A stretch of 39,148 bases of DNA from a virus (IMGVR_UViG_2534681836_000019); one strand, 5' to 3'. Positions 1-13,963 are shown, numbered from the stretch's first letter. The notes: generated by a model not told the origin, from the letters alone. Made by a program: numbers and translations.

Positions 1-2447
1 CGACCACTGGCGGGTTTGCCCTTAATCGTCCAGCCACGCATATCAGGGATCACGCCTGACGGATAAGCCGCTGCAAGTTTCGGGTATGCAGATTTGTCAA
101 AAGCCTGCCCCTGCATCAGGGCATAACCAGACGGAACGGTATCTGATGGCCACGGGATTGGTGCGCCAGGCGGATAAAACTGCTCTGATGGCGTATAGAG
201 TGAATAAACTGTACCGTCCGTTAACCCTTCCGGCTTATTAGCAGAATATGCTGGTGACGTATGAATAGTCACGCTGGCATTACTGGTATAATCCCATTGA
301 ATATTTACACCAGTCGCATAATTTCCGATTGCAACGTAAATATCGTAAGTATCACCAGATGTATTGACCCAGGCAAAATTTGTAAACCCTGTCGATGTGC
401 GCTGCCATAAAGCACCAGTAATCCCCTTCGGATTACCATTACCTGCACGCAAAACAAGTTCAGATATACCTGCCTGTTGAGGTGACCCCACGTTAAATCC
501 CGCGCCACCAATCAACGTAATTGAAACAACAGAACTCGCCTGTGGCATGGTTACCGTTGCTAATTTGAACCAACCAGCACCACCGCTGAATGACATTGTT
601 GTTGAGTTAAGCGTACCAATATCTTTCGGCGTCAGTGTTATATCCGCTGAAAGCGCCTTACCATTCACCTTACGGGCAGAAGGTACCCGACCATTCGCAT
701 TATCATTAGCTGCTTTCACTGCTTTCGGTGTCGCGGCAAGCGTTTCAGATGCGCTGTTGGTTGCACTACTGAGCTGGACAATTCCTTTTTGTGCTGTCGT
801 AGCGTCCTGAGCGGTATATTTCCCGTTAGCAAGGTCATAGGCTGCCTTTACCGACTTTGGCGTTGCCGCCAGCATTTCAGATGTGCTGTTGGTCGCGCTG
901 CTGAGCTGAACGATCCCTTTCTGTGCTGTCGTTGCATCCTGTGCGGTGTATTTCCCGTTAGCCAGGTCATACGCGGCCTTAACTGCTTTTGGCGTTGCCG
1001 CCAGTGACTCGGAAGTGCTGTTAGTCGCACTGCTGAGCTGTACTATCCCCTTTTTCGTCGTGCTCGCATCCTCAAGCGCCACGGCGGATGCAATATCCTC
1101 TGCCCGTTTAGCTGCTGTCTCGGCGCGCGTTGCCGCGGATTCCGCCGTACTTTTGCTCTGAGCTGCCGCCGTCGCACTGCCAGCTGCCTCTGTCGCCTTC
1201 GTGGATGCCGTCGTGGCGCTGCTCTTCGCTGCTGACGCCTGTCTGGTCGCCTCATCTTTTGAAGCAGACGCCGATGATGCCGATGACGCCGCCGAACTGG
1301 CTGACGATGCGGCAGCCGTTTTTGAGGATTCTGCGCTGGTTTCCGACGCTTTCGCGTTCGTTTCGGATGTCTTCGCTGCGGAAGCAGACCTCGCTGCTGC
1401 GCTGGCCTGTTCAGTGGCTTCGCCAGCCTTCGTTGTGGCTGTTGAAGCGGATGATGCGGCGCTTTCTGCCGATTTTCCGGCGGCGGTGGCACTGGCTGAG
1501 GCCTGCCCGGCACTTGTTGACGCGGCACTGGCAGACGACGCAGCCGCTGTTTTTGAGCCTGCCGCAGCTGAGGCGCTCTGTCCCGCTGCCGTCTCAGAAG
1601 ACTTAGCGTTCGTCTCGGACGTTTTTGCCGCCTTCGCGGAATTTCCTGCCGCCGTTGCCGAGGAAGCGGCACTACTGGCGCTTGATGATGCGTTCGTTTC
1701 TGATGATTTTGCCGCTTCTTTTGAAGCCGACGCATCCCGGGCTGAGGTGGCAGCTTCTGACGCTTTCGTGGTCGCGGTGGATGCAGAAGTGGCTGCTGAT
1801 TGTTGTGACGCTGCCGCATTCGTTTCTGACGTTTTCGCCGCAGCGGCACTGGTGGCCGCCGCGCTTTTTGAGGACTCTGCAGCGGCAGCACTTTTTTCCG
1901 CTTCAGTGGCCTTTGCTGATGCCGTTCCTGCGCTGGAAGACGCTGACTGAGCCGACGACGCGGCCTGTCCGGCTGACGTGCTGGCTGCGCGTGCTGAGCC
2001 TGCAGCATCAGTCGCATGGGTTGCCGCCTCACGGGCTGATGTGCTGGCATCGCTGGCTGACTTCTTCGCGGCTGCCGTGTTCTGTGCCACCGCGGACGCG
2101 TTACGCGCCACCTCTTCCACCATCAGTTCAAAACGGCGCAGTGCCTCAGGACGGGCATCATCCTCCGTCATGGCACCGAGAAAATCATTCAGCGTACCGG
2201 GTCGGGAATCTTCATACACGGTGATGGTCCCGGCATGTGACGGCGGGAAGCCTTCCACCAACAGAATAACGCTGTACTGACCGTACTCAACGTCCATGCT
2301 GTAACGCCCGGCTTCATCCGGATTTTCTGAGGCCAGCGTGTTCACCACCACCGTGGTACTGTTACGTTTTGCTTTCAGCTGGATTGTGCAGTTCTGTACC
2401 GGTTTTCCTGTGCCGTCTTTCAGTACACCTGAAATCTTTACTGCCAT
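1..2447 (-). CDS. stf: Side tail fiber protein Stf (partial; C-terminus lies beyond window start)
   Basis: Manual minus-strand translation from ATG at 2447 stays open to position 1; Ala/Ser/Thr-rich N-terminal region, then three tandem ~44-aa repeats ([15 protein letters not shown]..[28 protein letters not shown]), then tail-fibre-like C-terminal region; sits downstream of lom as in lambda. Not in ORF track because no stop in window. Confidence 0.8.
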   Translation of the reverse strand, partial: MAVKISGVLKDGTGKPVQNCTIQLKAKRNSTTVVVNTLASENPDEAGRYSMDVEYGQYSVILLVEGFPPSHAGTITVYEDSRPGTLNDFLGAMTEDDARPEALRRFELMVEEVARNASAVAQNTAAAKKSASDASTSAREAATHATDAAGSARAASTSAGQAASSAQSASSSAGTASAKATEAEKSAAAAESSKSAAATSAAAAKTSETNAAASQQSAATSASTATTKASEAATSARDASASKEAAKSSETNASSSASSAASSATAAGNSAKAAKTSETNAKSSETAAGQSASAAAGSKTAAASSASAASTSAGQASASATAAGKSAESAASSASTATTKAGEATEQASAAARSASAAKTSETNAKASETSAESSKTAAASSASSAASSASSASASKDEATRQASAAKSSATTASTKATEAAGSATAAAQSKSTAESAATRAETAAKRAEDIASAVALEDASTTKKGIVQLSSATNSTSESLAATPKAVKAAYDLANGKYTAQDATTAQKGIVQLSSATNSTSEMLAATPKSVKAAYDLANGKYTAQDATTAQKGIVQLSSATNSASETLAATPKAVKAANDNANGRVPSARKVNGKALSADITLTPKDIGTLNSTTMSFSGGAGWFKLATVTMPQASSVVSITLIGGAGFNVGSPQQAGISELVLRAGNGNPKGITGALWQRTSTGFTNFAWVNTSGDTYDIYVAIGNYATGVNIQWDYTSNASVTIHTSPAYSANKPEGLTDGTVYSLYTPSEQFYPPGAPIPWPSDTVPSGYALMQGQAFDKSAYPKLAAAYPSGVIPDMRGWTIKGKPASG

Positions 2448-2455
2448 ATTCACCC

Positions 2456-2486
2456 CACAAAAAAGCCCGCCTGAACCGGCGGGCTG
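2456..2486 (-). terminator. Rho-independent terminator downstream of lom
   Basis: GC hairpin agcccgcc-tgaa-ccggcgggct followed on the minus strand by a T-run, directly after the lom stop and before the stf start codon. Confidence 0.6.
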
Positions 2487-2511
2487 TCATAACACTGTGT
2501 TACCTGGCTAA

Positions 2512-3111
2512 TCAGAACTTATAACCGACACCCACGATGAAACCGTCAGTGCGCCAGTCGCCACTGCCGGAGCCTTCATAAGCAATATCAATGGCCACGG
2601 ATTCGGTCGGGTTAAACTGCACGCCAGCTCCCCACGCCAGAGAGGTGTCGCTGTGGCGACCGTCATCACTTCCGGTCAGCACATCGTGCGTTTTCCCCTT
2701 GTTGTCAGTTACGCGAAGATAATCCCCGGAGAAAGTCGACACACGGCTGTAAGCCACACCCGCCATCGCATACGCGCTGAACCATTCATTCACGCGCACA
2801 GACGGCCCCGCCATCACGCTGAACCAGCGGTTACGCACGGAATCTTCATGCCAGCGGGTATCGCTGTAACGGGTCAGCTGGCGATTCTTGTCTCCTGCAT
2901 AGCTGAATGACGTCACCATTCCCAGAGTGTCCGTAAACTCATAACGGTATTTCACGTTAATCCCGTTCAGATCATCACTGCCAGGGACGTTCGTCGAGGC
3001 ATGAAGATACCCCGCGCTCAGCGTGGACTGATGTTCAGACGCCCATGCAGGCGCACCGGATACGGCCAGACAAATGGCTGCGGACAAAATTGCTGCACAA
3101 ACTTTACGCAT
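2512..3111 (-). CDS. lom: Outer membrane protein Lom (Ail/Lom family)
   Basis: 199-aa ORF with signal peptide (MRKVCAAILSAAICLAVSGAPAWA) and C-terminal beta-barrel ending YKF; position between J and stf as in lambda. Confidence 0.9.
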   Translation of the reverse strand: MRKVCAAILSAAICLAVSGAPAWASEHQSTLSAGYLHASTNVPGSDDLNGINVKYRYEFTDTLGMVTSFSYAGDKNRQLTRYSDTRWHEDSVRNRWFSVMAGPSVRVNEWFSAYAMAGVAYSRVSTFSGDYLRVTDNKGKTHDVLTGSDDGRHSDTSLAWGAGVQFNPTESVAIDIAYEGSGSGDWRTDGFIVGVGYKF

Positions 3112-3181
3112 AATTACCTCTCGCTTTTCTGCAATAAAAAAGGCGTCATTCCTGACGCCCTTTATTGGGGTTATAAATATT

Positions 3182-6597
<3,416 letters not shown>

Positions 6598-6654
6598 TCA
6601 CGCTCCATAAACGACAAAACCGCCCGGAGGCGGTTTCACATAAAACGTTTTTCA

Positions 6655-7302
6655 TCAGCGACCAATCACCACAACCTGACCACCATCCCCTTCGTCTGCC
6701 GTGCTGATCTCCTGAGAGACCACCCGCGACCCCACGCGCATTTCACCGTACAGAACGGGCAGAACATTGCCCTGGGCAACCATGTTATCCAGTGAGGAGA
6801 AATAGGTGTTCTGTTTGCCGTTATCTGTACTTGCTGCCGTGGGCGTCCTGGCTTTCGGTGCCAGCATCTGCGCCACTCCGCCCAGGATCATACTGGCCCC
6901 TGCCGCATACATGCCCGATACAGCCGCGGCACCCAGCCAGCCCACAGGGTTCCACCATGCCACCGCAATCAGCGCCGACCCCAGCACCACCTGAAACACA
7001 CCGCCACTTTTAGCTCCCGCCAGACGCGGCACGATGTGGATCACGGCACCATTTGCCAGCGGCTCATTAAGACGGGCAGACAATTCGGTTTCACCTGCAT
7101 CACGCCCGGCAATGCGTACCTGGTACCAGCCGTCGCTCAGTTTCTGACGAAACGCCGGGATCTGCATGGCCAGCGCCCGGATGGCTTCGGACCCCGTTTT
7201 CACTCGAAGGTCGATGCGGCGGCCAAATCGTTGTAAATCCCCGTAAAGGCAGATGCGTGCCATGCCCGGTGACGCCAGAGGGAGTGTGTGCGTCGCTGCC
7301 AT
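6655..7302 (-). CDS. I: Tail assembly protein I
   Basis: 215-aa ORF MAATHTLPLASPGMARICLYGDLQRFGRR... ending QVVVIGR, recognised as lambda I; overlaps K as in lambda. Confidence 0.9.
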   Translation of the reverse strand: MAATHTLPLASPGMARICLYGDLQRFGRRIDLRVKTGSEAIRALAMQIPAFRQKLSDGWYQVRIAGRDAGETELSARLNEPLANGAVIHIVPRLAGAKSGGVFQVVLGSALIAVAWWNPVGWLGAAAVSGMYAAGASMILGGVAQMLAPKARTPTAASTDNGKQNTYFSSLDNMVAQGNVLPVLYGEMRVGSRVVSQEISTADEGDGGQVVVIGR

Positions 7303-7952
7303 TTGTCGGTGTACCTCTCTCGTTTGCTCAGTTGTTCAGGAATATGGTGCAGCAGCTCGCTGTCACCACAGTAAATGGCGGCATGATTCGGCACCGATGA
7401 ACCAAAACAGCACAGCAGCACATCGCCCGGCTGCGCCGCTGACAACGGCACCTGATACAGCCCTGTGGCCTCCAGATTATCCAGATAGAGATTCTGACCG
7501 TGACGCCACCAGTCATCCTCGCGATGAAAATCCGGCATCTCAATCCCCGCCAGATGGTAAGCATCCCGGAACAGCGTGTAACAGTCCGTCACCCCGTGCT
7601 CAAAGCGCCGCCCGGAAAGATGTGGCACACAGCGGAACTTGTGAATCGCCCCCCGGCAAACCAGCCACCACGGCAAATCACTCTGCACCTGCAGCCGCCG
7701 GTCGGTCTCACTCAGCCAGGGCAGACCACCGGGGTGGCTGTGGACCAGCGCCACAATCTCACCCTGCATCTCTGCCCGCAGCCAGTCCTCCGGCGACATC
7801 CGGAAATACTCCTCCGGCTCACCGGAGATATTCACGCAGGGAAAATATCTTTCCCCCTCCGGTGTTCTCACCACGAAGCCGCACGACTCCGCTGGCGCAC
7901 ATCGCCGGGCGTGCGCCAGAATCGCTGATTCTGTCTCTGTCATGGGATTCAC
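7200..7952 (-). CDS. K: Tail assembly protein K (MPN/JAB plus NlpC/P60-like domains)
   Basis: 250-aa ORF with HSHP metal-binding motif (VALVHSHPGG) and a Cys/His region; position between L and I. Confidence 0.85.
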   Translation of the reverse strand: MNPMTETESAILAHARRCAPAESCGFVVRTPEGERYFPCVNISGEPEEYFRMSPEDWLRAEMQGEIVALVHSHPGGLPWLSETDRRLQVQSDLPWWLVCRGAIHKFRCVPHLSGRRFEHGVTDCYTLFRDAYHLAGIEMPDFHREDDWWRHGQNLYLDNLEATGLYQVPLSAAQPGDVLLCCFGSSVPNHAAIYCGDSELLHHIPEQLSKRERYTDKWQRRTHSLWRHRAWHASAFTGIYNDLAAASTFE

Positions 7953-8647
7953 TGCGAAAGTTTGTTAATGGAAAGGAAGCCGCCAAAGTTGCCGACGTTA
8001 TTGCGAAACTTACAGCCGCTCAGGCATTTGCTGCATTTATCCTTCGTGATATCGGAGGTCGGCTGGTCATATTCATCCGCGACCGCCGGACCGTGATAAC
8101 CGCACTCATCACCGCGATAGGTCCAGGTGCAGGTATTAGCCAGCATGATGCGCCCCGGAAAAACAGCGCCGTCCGTTTCCGTCGGCGTGGACAGTACAAA
8201 AGAGGCACTCACCGCGCTCAGTTCGCTGCACTGCTCGATGCGCCAGCGGCTGATCACCTCCTGCTCCGGATCGGCGTCACTGTTTCCGTTGACGAAGTTC
8301 ACCGCATCCAGAAAACGGGCGTAAACCTTACGCCGGACCACCGTTCCTCCGACCAGACTCTGCAGGTCTTCCGCCATCCCGGTGACCATGCCGTGCAGGT
8401 TAGAAACCGTCAGTGTCGGACGGGCAGCACTGCCTTTGCCGTTCAGTTCAAATCCCGTCCCCTGAATGGGATACGCCTGATACTGTCGCCCCTGCCAGGT
8501 GACCGGCTCACCTTTATCGTTCTGCTCATTACAGAAAAAATAACGTTCTCCACCGACCACTGTCAGATCGATTTCCCAGAGCACCACCAGGGCTGACTGA
8601 GTGAGGCGTGTCGTCTCATGATGTGTTTCCTGTGGAATATCCTGCAT
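7949..8647 (-). CDS. L: Minor tail protein L
   Basis: 232-aa ORF, same length as lambda L, with C-terminal Cys cluster (CSKCLSGCKF); position between M and K. Confidence 0.9.
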   Translation of the reverse strand: MQDIPQETHHETTRLTQSALVVLWEIDLTVVGGERYFFCNEQNDKGEPVTWQGRQYQAYPIQGTGFELNGKGSAARPTLTVSNLHGMVTGMAEDLQSLVGGTVVRRKVYARFLDAVNFVNGNSDADPEQEVISRWRIEQCSELSAVSASFVLSTPTETDGAVFPGRIMLANTCTWTYRGDECGYHGPAVADEYDQPTSDITKDKCSKCLSGCKFRNNVGNFGGFLSINKLSQ

Positions 8648-8656
8648 CAGAGACTC

Positions 8657-8986
8657 CTATGCCACGACCTGTTCAAAATCTGCCGTTATGGTTACCCACA
8701 ACGCCCCCACGCTTGCCGACCATTTACGACAAACCACCCTGATCGGCTTCCAGTCATAAGGTGGCGTCCACTGAAATGCGCGGACGCCACCGTGCCGTTC
8801 CAGAAAGGCTTTTAAAGATGGGTGTTCACATTTACGAACACGTATCGTCACGCTGTAAATCGACAACTGGTTATTCAGTCCCGCCGCACGACGCTGTTCA
8901 TAACCATCGCCCAGCTTCACTGTCACCACTTTCGGCTCTGATACCACATTCATATCCGGGCGCACTTTCCAGTGAAATGTCTCCAT
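8657..8986 (-). CDS. M: Minor tail protein M
   Basis: 109-aa ORF METFHWKVRPDMNVVSEPK..., same length as lambda M; position between H and L. Confidence 0.9.
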   Translation of the reverse strand: METFHWKVRPDMNVVSEPKVVTVKLGDGYEQRRAAGLNNQLSIYSVTIRVRKCEHPSLKAFLERHGGVRAFQWTPPYDWKPIRVVCRKWSASVGALWVTITADFEQVVA

Positions 8987-11900
8987 TACCGATATGCTCC
9001 ACTTAACCGACCACCATCACGGGCCTGCTGTTGCATAAAGTCCGCTGCCGCTTTTTTCCCAAGGTCATAAACCACCTTCAGGGCAGCCGGACCTATCTGC
9101 CCGTTCGTGCCATCGTTATTGATCTCGATGTTGTACTGCGGGGCAAACATCGCCATACCTGAACCACCAATATCCGCCACAACCCCCAGCTTACCGTCAG
9201 CACCACGACGCAGTGGCAGAATGGCTTCAGGTCCAGCTTCCCCCATCACACCCGCGCCTTTTGCAAAAGCAAAAAACGTCGGACGGTTAACCACCGTGCC
9301 ACTGTAACGACTCAAATCAGCAGACTGATAAATCCCCCCATTGGCATTCAGGGAAAGGCTGCTGAGATCAAATCCCAGTACACTGCCAATCCCTTTTATC
9401 GATTTCATCATGGTTGCCTGCGCCAGGATTTTCGCCATATCTGACAGCACCGAAGAGGTGAAGGATTTGAAGTTGAGTTTGCCGGTAGTGACAAAAGTTG
9501 CCAGGCCATTTCCCATGTTGCTGAAGGCTGATGAGAACACCTGTTCTGCTGTTCCTGCCGTATTGTCTGCATCCACGGTAAAATCCTGAAATGCACGCAG
9601 GACTCCGTTTTTCCAGTTACCCTGCACAACTTCAAGCTGTTGCCAGTAACGGCGATTCTCATTCAGTTGTCGGTTCAGGCTCTCCGTCAGCGCCTGCTCG
9701 GCCTTTCTGTAGTCATCCGTGTTATATGTCCCTTTCTGCTCACTATCCCGCCTCAACTGCTCCAGCTGTTGCTGGTATTTCTGGCGAAGACTCAGTTGTA
9801 CCTGATATCGCTGCCGCTGCTGATCACCCATACCCACCGTGGCGATATCCAGGTCATGTTGCTGACGCTGAGCGCGCTCTTCTTCAGCCAGTTGACTGGT
9901 CAGCTGAATTGTTTTTTTCTTCAGATCGTTGAGTGCCGTTTGTTTCTGAAGCTCCTGCTGTTTTACATCCAGCAGCGTCAGTGCCTGCATCAGTTCATCT
10001 TTACGGGCCAGCACACTCTTTTCATCTGCCGTCAGTTTTTTCCCGTCCAGATCGCTGATGCGCTGCTGCAGAGCCAGAAGCTGTTTATGCGCTTCTGTCA
10101 TCTTTTCAGTGGCAATGCCTGCTGACTGTCTTGCAGCAGCAATCTGTCCTTCCACCTGTGCCTGTTGCTGACTGTACTGCAGCAATAACCGGGTGGCCTC
10201 ATCATTACGGGTTTCGCGTGTTTTTTTCTTACCGGATGCCAGGGCTTTCTCGTAACGTTCATTTTCACGTTGTATCGCCGCATCCCTGACAGCCTGGTCG
10301 GCGTACTGCATGGCATTAATACGCGCAATTTCACGCTGATGTCGTGCTGCTTCCGTTTCATTCATCCGGTTCAGTGCAGCATTTTCAGCATTACGTCGTT
10401 TCTGTTGCTCCTGATAATTCCGCTCTGCCTGCTCTTTTGCATCCTGCAAATCCTTCTGGCGTTTTTTCTCCTGAAGATCGTTAAGACGCTGCTGATCGTA
10501 TTCAACCTGAGAAGATGATGCCGTCCAGGGGAGTCTTTTCGCCCGCGACACTTTCTCCTGTAAAGCGGTAATCTGTTCATCCAGCGAGTCTTCACGACCA
10601 ATATTCATGGCCGCATCCCAGAAACGACTCCACAAATCAGACAGATACTTCAGCGTACTGCCAAGCGCATTGAGGTTATTATCAATATCCGCAGTACGCC
10701 GACCGGTTTCCTCTGCCAGTGCAGACATGGCTATCCGTGCAGCATCACTGGACCGTCCCTGATCCCCAAGGACACGTATCTGCTCAAGCTGAGTGGCAGT
10801 AAGAAAATGCAGCTCATTGTCCAGAGCCTTCGCGGCATTTACAGGATCATCCTTCAGCCGCTTAAACTGATTTATGGTATCGCTGACCGACTGGCCAACC
10901 GATCGCTCCATCTGTGCGGCAGCTCTCGCCACCATACCGATATCGTTTCCACGAAATGCACCACTCCCCACCACCTGCGCCAGCGCACCGGCTGCAGCAT
11001 GTTGCGTGATACCATTCCCGGAAATAGCACGACTGAGCGTCCACAGCTGCCCGGCAGTGACTCCGGCATAATGCCCCGTCAGCGACAACTGGCGGTTAAA
11101 TTCTTCCCCCTCCTTCTGACCGTCATACCAGGCTTTACCCAGACCATAGACGGCCGCGGCAATACCGCCAATAACCCCGCCAAGCATCATGCCTTTCGGT
11201 GACATCAGTGTGTCTATCCATCCGGCACGGTTAGCCAGCGTTATCCCGGATCCCCTCAGCGCCCCTAAATTGCCGCGGGCCAGTTCACCTATCAGAACGC
11301 CTATCTCCTGGCGGGCTGCTGCACTTTTCAGACCCAGCGAATGCGTGGCTTTTCCTGCCTGCTCCATTTTGCGGATATACACTTCTGCAGCACTGCTTAC
11401 CCCCAGCTGGGCTGCCTTGGCACGAAGCAACTCAGAAGATGAAAGATTCTGGCGGGTTGCCTGCTCTTTAAGCTGACGGATAAACGCCACTTTCTGTCGG
11501 GTAGCCTCTTCCTCAGCCTGTGTAAGAACACGGGTTTTCGCAGTAACCTCAGAAATCAGCGCCAGATAATCCTGCTGACCAATCCCGCCACTGTTTCTGG
11601 CCTGTCGGATCTGCTGCTGAATACGCTGTAATTCCTGCAGCCCCGCACTGGCCTGTTTCACACTGTCAATCTGACGATAAAACGCAGCAGCCGCTTTATC
11701 CTGAGCCTCCGCCAGAGCCATGGCCTGCGCCTGTTCCTCGCACATTTTCTGGCTCAGCGCCTCCATGCGCTGGCGGGTTTTCTCCACCTCGCGGGCCATG
11801 CGTTCATGAGCCTGTGCGTTCTTCTCCACCGTCTGCGCATGGACGGATGCGGCTGTTGCAGCCGAAGAAGTCGCCTGCGTTGTCTGCCGGGCGGCCTGAG

Positions 11901-12081
11901 TCTGACGCTCCATAAAACGCTGCATACGGGCAGACGACCGTTCTGCATCGCTGGCGGCACCATTCAGAAGGTTTTTGATACGGGGAATTTCATTTTTAAA
12001 CTCTGCCGCATCAATCCCCAAATCAATGACCAGGTTGGCTATCTGGTCCATAACGCACACCTCCGGAAATACCTTCCCCAA
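8986..12081 (-). CDS. H: Tail tape measure protein H (start possibly at Met11, coordinate 12051)
   Basis: 1031-aa ORF, coiled-coil-rich (many Q/E/R/A), C-terminus INNDGTNGQIGPAALKVVYDL...GGRLSGAYR resembles the lambda H C-terminus; follows G/T. Confidence 0.9.
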   Translation of the reverse strand: MGKVFPEVCVMDQIANLVIDLGIDAAEFKNEIPRIKNLLNGAASDAERSSARMQRFMERQTQAARQTTQATSSAATAASVHAQTVEKNAQAHERMAREVEKTRQRMEALSQKMCEEQAQAMALAEAQDKAAAAFYRQIDSVKQASAGLQELQRIQQQIRQARNSGGIGQQDYLALISEVTAKTRVLTQAEEEATRQKVAFIRQLKEQATRQNLSSSELLRAKAAQLGVSSAAEVYIRKMEQAGKATHSLGLKSAAARQEIGVLIGELARGNLGALRGSGITLANRAGWIDTLMSPKGMMLGGVIGGIAAAVYGLGKAWYDGQKEGEEFNRQLSLTGHYAGVTAGQLWTLSRAISGNGITQHAAAGALAQVVGSGAFRGNDIGMVARAAAQMERSVGQSVSDTINQFKRLKDDPVNAAKALDNELHFLTATQLEQIRVLGDQGRSSDAARIAMSALAEETGRRTADIDNNLNALGSTLKYLSDLWSRFWDAAMNIGREDSLDEQITALQEKVSRAKRLPWTASSSQVEYDQQRLNDLQEKKRQKDLQDAKEQAERNYQEQQKRRNAENAALNRMNETEAARHQREIARINAMQYADQAVRDAAIQRENERYEKALASGKKKTRETRNDEATRLLLQYSQQQAQVEGQIAAARQSAGIATEKMTEAHKQLLALQQRISDLDGKKLTADEKSVLARKDELMQALTLLDVKQQELQKQTALNDLKKKTIQLTSQLAEEERAQRQQHDLDIATVGMGDQQRQRYQVQLSLRQKYQQQLEQLRRDSEQKGTYNTDDYRKAEQALTESLNRQLNENRRYWQQLEVVQGNWKNGVLRAFQDFTVDADNTAGTAEQVFSSAFSNMGNGLATFVTTGKLNFKSFTSSVLSDMAKILAQATMMKSIKGIGSVLGFDLSSLSLNANGGIYQSADLSRYSGTVVNRPTFFAFAKGAGVMGEAGPEAILPLRRGADGKLGVVADIGGSGMAMFAPQYNIEINNDGTNGQIGPAALKVVYDLGKKAAADFMQQQARDGGRLSGAYR

Positions 12082-12352
12082 GATGCATCAGTTCTTCGTC
12101 CGTTCGCTCCGGTATCCCGTTCTCTTCCGGTAAAAGGCTGAAATCAGCCACCGCAGCATCACTGCTGCCGGACACCATTCTCACGATCAATGCCTTCAGC
12201 GAGGCAAACTGCGCATCCATCCACACATCACTGAAGCTCTGCATCCGGAAATAATCGCCCCACTCACCAAGCTCAGTGGCCGACATTTCCGACAGCATCC
12301 GCCGCCAGTCTGCCCGCCGGAACTCCCGGGCAAGCCGCATGACAAACTGCAT
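12023..12352 (-). CDS. T: Tail assembly chaperone T frame (expressed as G-T fusion by -1 programmed frameshift)
   Basis: ORF in the -1 frame relative to G, open only from just upstream of the G stop; geometry matches lambda G/G-T. Confidence 0.8.
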   Translation of the reverse strand: MQFVMRLAREFRRADWRRMLSEMSATELGEWGDYFRMQSFSDVWMDAQFASLKALIVRMVSGSSDAAVADFSLLPEENGIPERTDEELMHLGEGISGGVRYGPDSQPGH

Positions 12353-12360
12353 TTCCCGCG

Positions 12361-12750
12361 TCAGGACTTTTCCGGCGTCAGCGCCTCATGCTCATCATCC
12401 CCGGCATTATCAATGGCCCCCATACCGCTCAGCGACAGAACCATCTCCGCCCCCGCCCCCAGGGCATCATACGACCATGTTGTAATAACGGATGCGCAAA
12501 GCGTCTCTACATCCTTAGACTGATCCGCATTCCACAGTGAGCGGGAAACCAGCCAGGCATTGATATCCATCCCCATCCGCAGAAAAGCAATCTGTCGTTC
12601 AGCCTCCGGCAGTTCTCCCTCCCCGGCATCAAACTTTGCCGTTCGCTGCTGAACAAACGCCAGATATTCAATTCTCTGCAGCCCGGACAGCTCACTGAGC
12701 ACCACGGACTGTTTTTCATAATTAAACGTGTCCTGTTTCAGAAACATCAT
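12361..12750 (-). CDS. G: Tail assembly chaperone G
   Basis: 129-aa ORF MMFLKQDTFNYEKQSVVLSELSGLQRIEYLAF..., resembles lambda G; directly downstream of V. Confidence 0.85.
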   Translation of the reverse strand: MMFLKQDTFNYEKQSVVLSELSGLQRIEYLAFVQQRTAKFDAGEGELPEAERQIAFLRMGMDINAWLVSRSLWNADQSKDVETLCASVITTWSYDALGAGAEMVLSLSGMGAIDNAGDDEHEALTPEKS

Positions 12751-12807
12751 GTTCTACACCTGCAAAAAAGCCCCGGATAACCGGGGCAAATGATGAGTAT
12801 CGTCCTG

Positions 12808-13551
12808 TTAACCTGCGGCGCTGACAGTCACCGCAGCCACAGCCACAAAATTCCCGTCAGCGGTCATGCCCACAATGCTGACGCTGCCCTGCTTCACGCC
12901 TTTCACCGTGGCCACAAGCCCGTTCAGGGTCACCGTGGCAGTCTGTGGATCTGACGAATGCACACTGATCGCTTTGTCACTGGCTCCGTCAGGTTTTACT
13001 GTAAAGGTCAGCGTGGTGGTTGCTCCCACATTGACACTGGCAGATGCCGGTGCCACCGTCAGCCCGGTAACGCCCACGATTTCAGTGCCTTCCTCTGCCA
13101 GATACGGACGCCCCACACCGCTGATTTTCACTGTGCGGGTCATCACGTCTTTTGAGGCAATGGTTTTACCCAGTGAACTCAGCCAGCCACGGAAAACATC
13201 AACAGTACCGTTGGGATATTTGATACGAAAAGCGCAGACTTCACCGGAGTCGAACAACTGAACCAGTTTTTTCTGCCCGCTGTCCCCCGGACGCCAGGCC
13301 AGCGTCGCCGAAGTATCACCGACTGATTTCTGCCCCTGGGTTGTCGTTTTCCAGTCTGCATCTTCATCATCGAGATAAGTGTCATCTTCTGCATCAGCGG
13401 TCATTTCGCCAGGTTGCAGATCCTTCACCATCGCAAGACGCAGCCAGTCAGTGTCCGATAAAGGGTTCGCAAACGCATCGCCCTTGCCGGTATACATCCA
13501 GAACGTCGTTCCCGCACCTTTCGTTTTTGCCAGTGGATTTGGTGTGGTCAT
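12808..13551 (-). CDS. V: Major tail protein V with C-terminal Ig-like domain (longest ORF starts at 13626; start at Met26 more likely)
   Basis: MTTPNPLAKTKGAGTTFWMY...LDDEDADW...FPNGTVDVFRGW matches lambda V as recalled; Ig-like C-terminal region. Confidence 0.9.
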   Translation of the reverse strand: MTTPNPLAKTKGAGTTFWMYTGKGDAFANPLSDTDWLRLAMVKDLQPGEMTADAEDDTYLDDEDADWKTTTQGQKSVGDTSATLAWRPGDSGQKKLVQLFDSGEVCAFRIKYPNGTVDVFRGWLSSLGKTIASKDVMTRTVKISGVGRPYLAEEGTEIVGVTGLTVAPASASVNVGATTTLTFTVKPDGASDKAISVHSSDPQTATVTLNGLVATVKGVKQGSVSIVGMTADGNFVAVAAVTVSAAG

Positions 13552-13561
13552 TACCACCTCC

Positions 13562-13963
13562 TTAATTCGTGTACGTGATCTGGTACGTGATTTCCGCCAT
13601 CGCCCAGGTGGCCATCTCATTATCACGTTGATAGTTAAAACCGAGTGGGATCAGGGTGTCGATGAGTCCGGAAAGTGCTGGTACATCATTCAGGGCCGGG
13701 AAAATGGTGCTCTCCATCCACATATCCAGCTCTGAATCCGGTGCCTGTGCCCGGATGAAGACAGCAATATGCAGAACAGCCTGCCAGTCATCTTCATCCG
13801 TCATTTTTCCGGTGTACTGAGCATCACTCAGCCACACCGCCACGGCAGGCAGTTCCTGCGCATCAACAAATGCCGGAAGCCCGTCAAAAAACGTGGCGCT
13901 GTCTCCACACTGTTCCCGAAGGCGTGCCAGTACGACCTGGCGGATTTGTGTATGTCGGTTCAT
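13562..13963 (-). CDS. U: Tail terminator protein U (longest ORF starts at 13975)
   Basis: GATFFDG..PAVAV...WQAVLHIAVF..AQAPDSELD.WMES motifs match lambda U as recalled; start at 13963 abuts the Z stop. Confidence 0.9.
   Translation of the reverse strand: MNRHTQIRQVVLARLREQCGDSATFFDGLPAFVDAQELPAVAVWLSDAQYTGKMTDEDDWQAVLHIAVFIRAQAPDSELDMWMESTIFPALNDVPALSGLIDTLIPLGFNYQRDNEMATWAMAEITYQITYTN

Noticed and set aside
547-2280. Several plus-strand ORFs (87-249 aa) and a minus-strand 335-aa Arg/Gln/Pro-rich ORF (1043-2050) over the stf region
   Set aside because: They are alternative-frame or antisense readings of the GC-rich, repetitive Ala/Ser-rich stf coding sequence; low-complexity translations with no start-site support.
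7253-8596. 447-aa plus-strand ORF antisense to K and L
   Set aside because: Overlaps two well-supported tail genes; Pro/Ala/Ser/Arg-rich low-complexity translation; antisense artefact.
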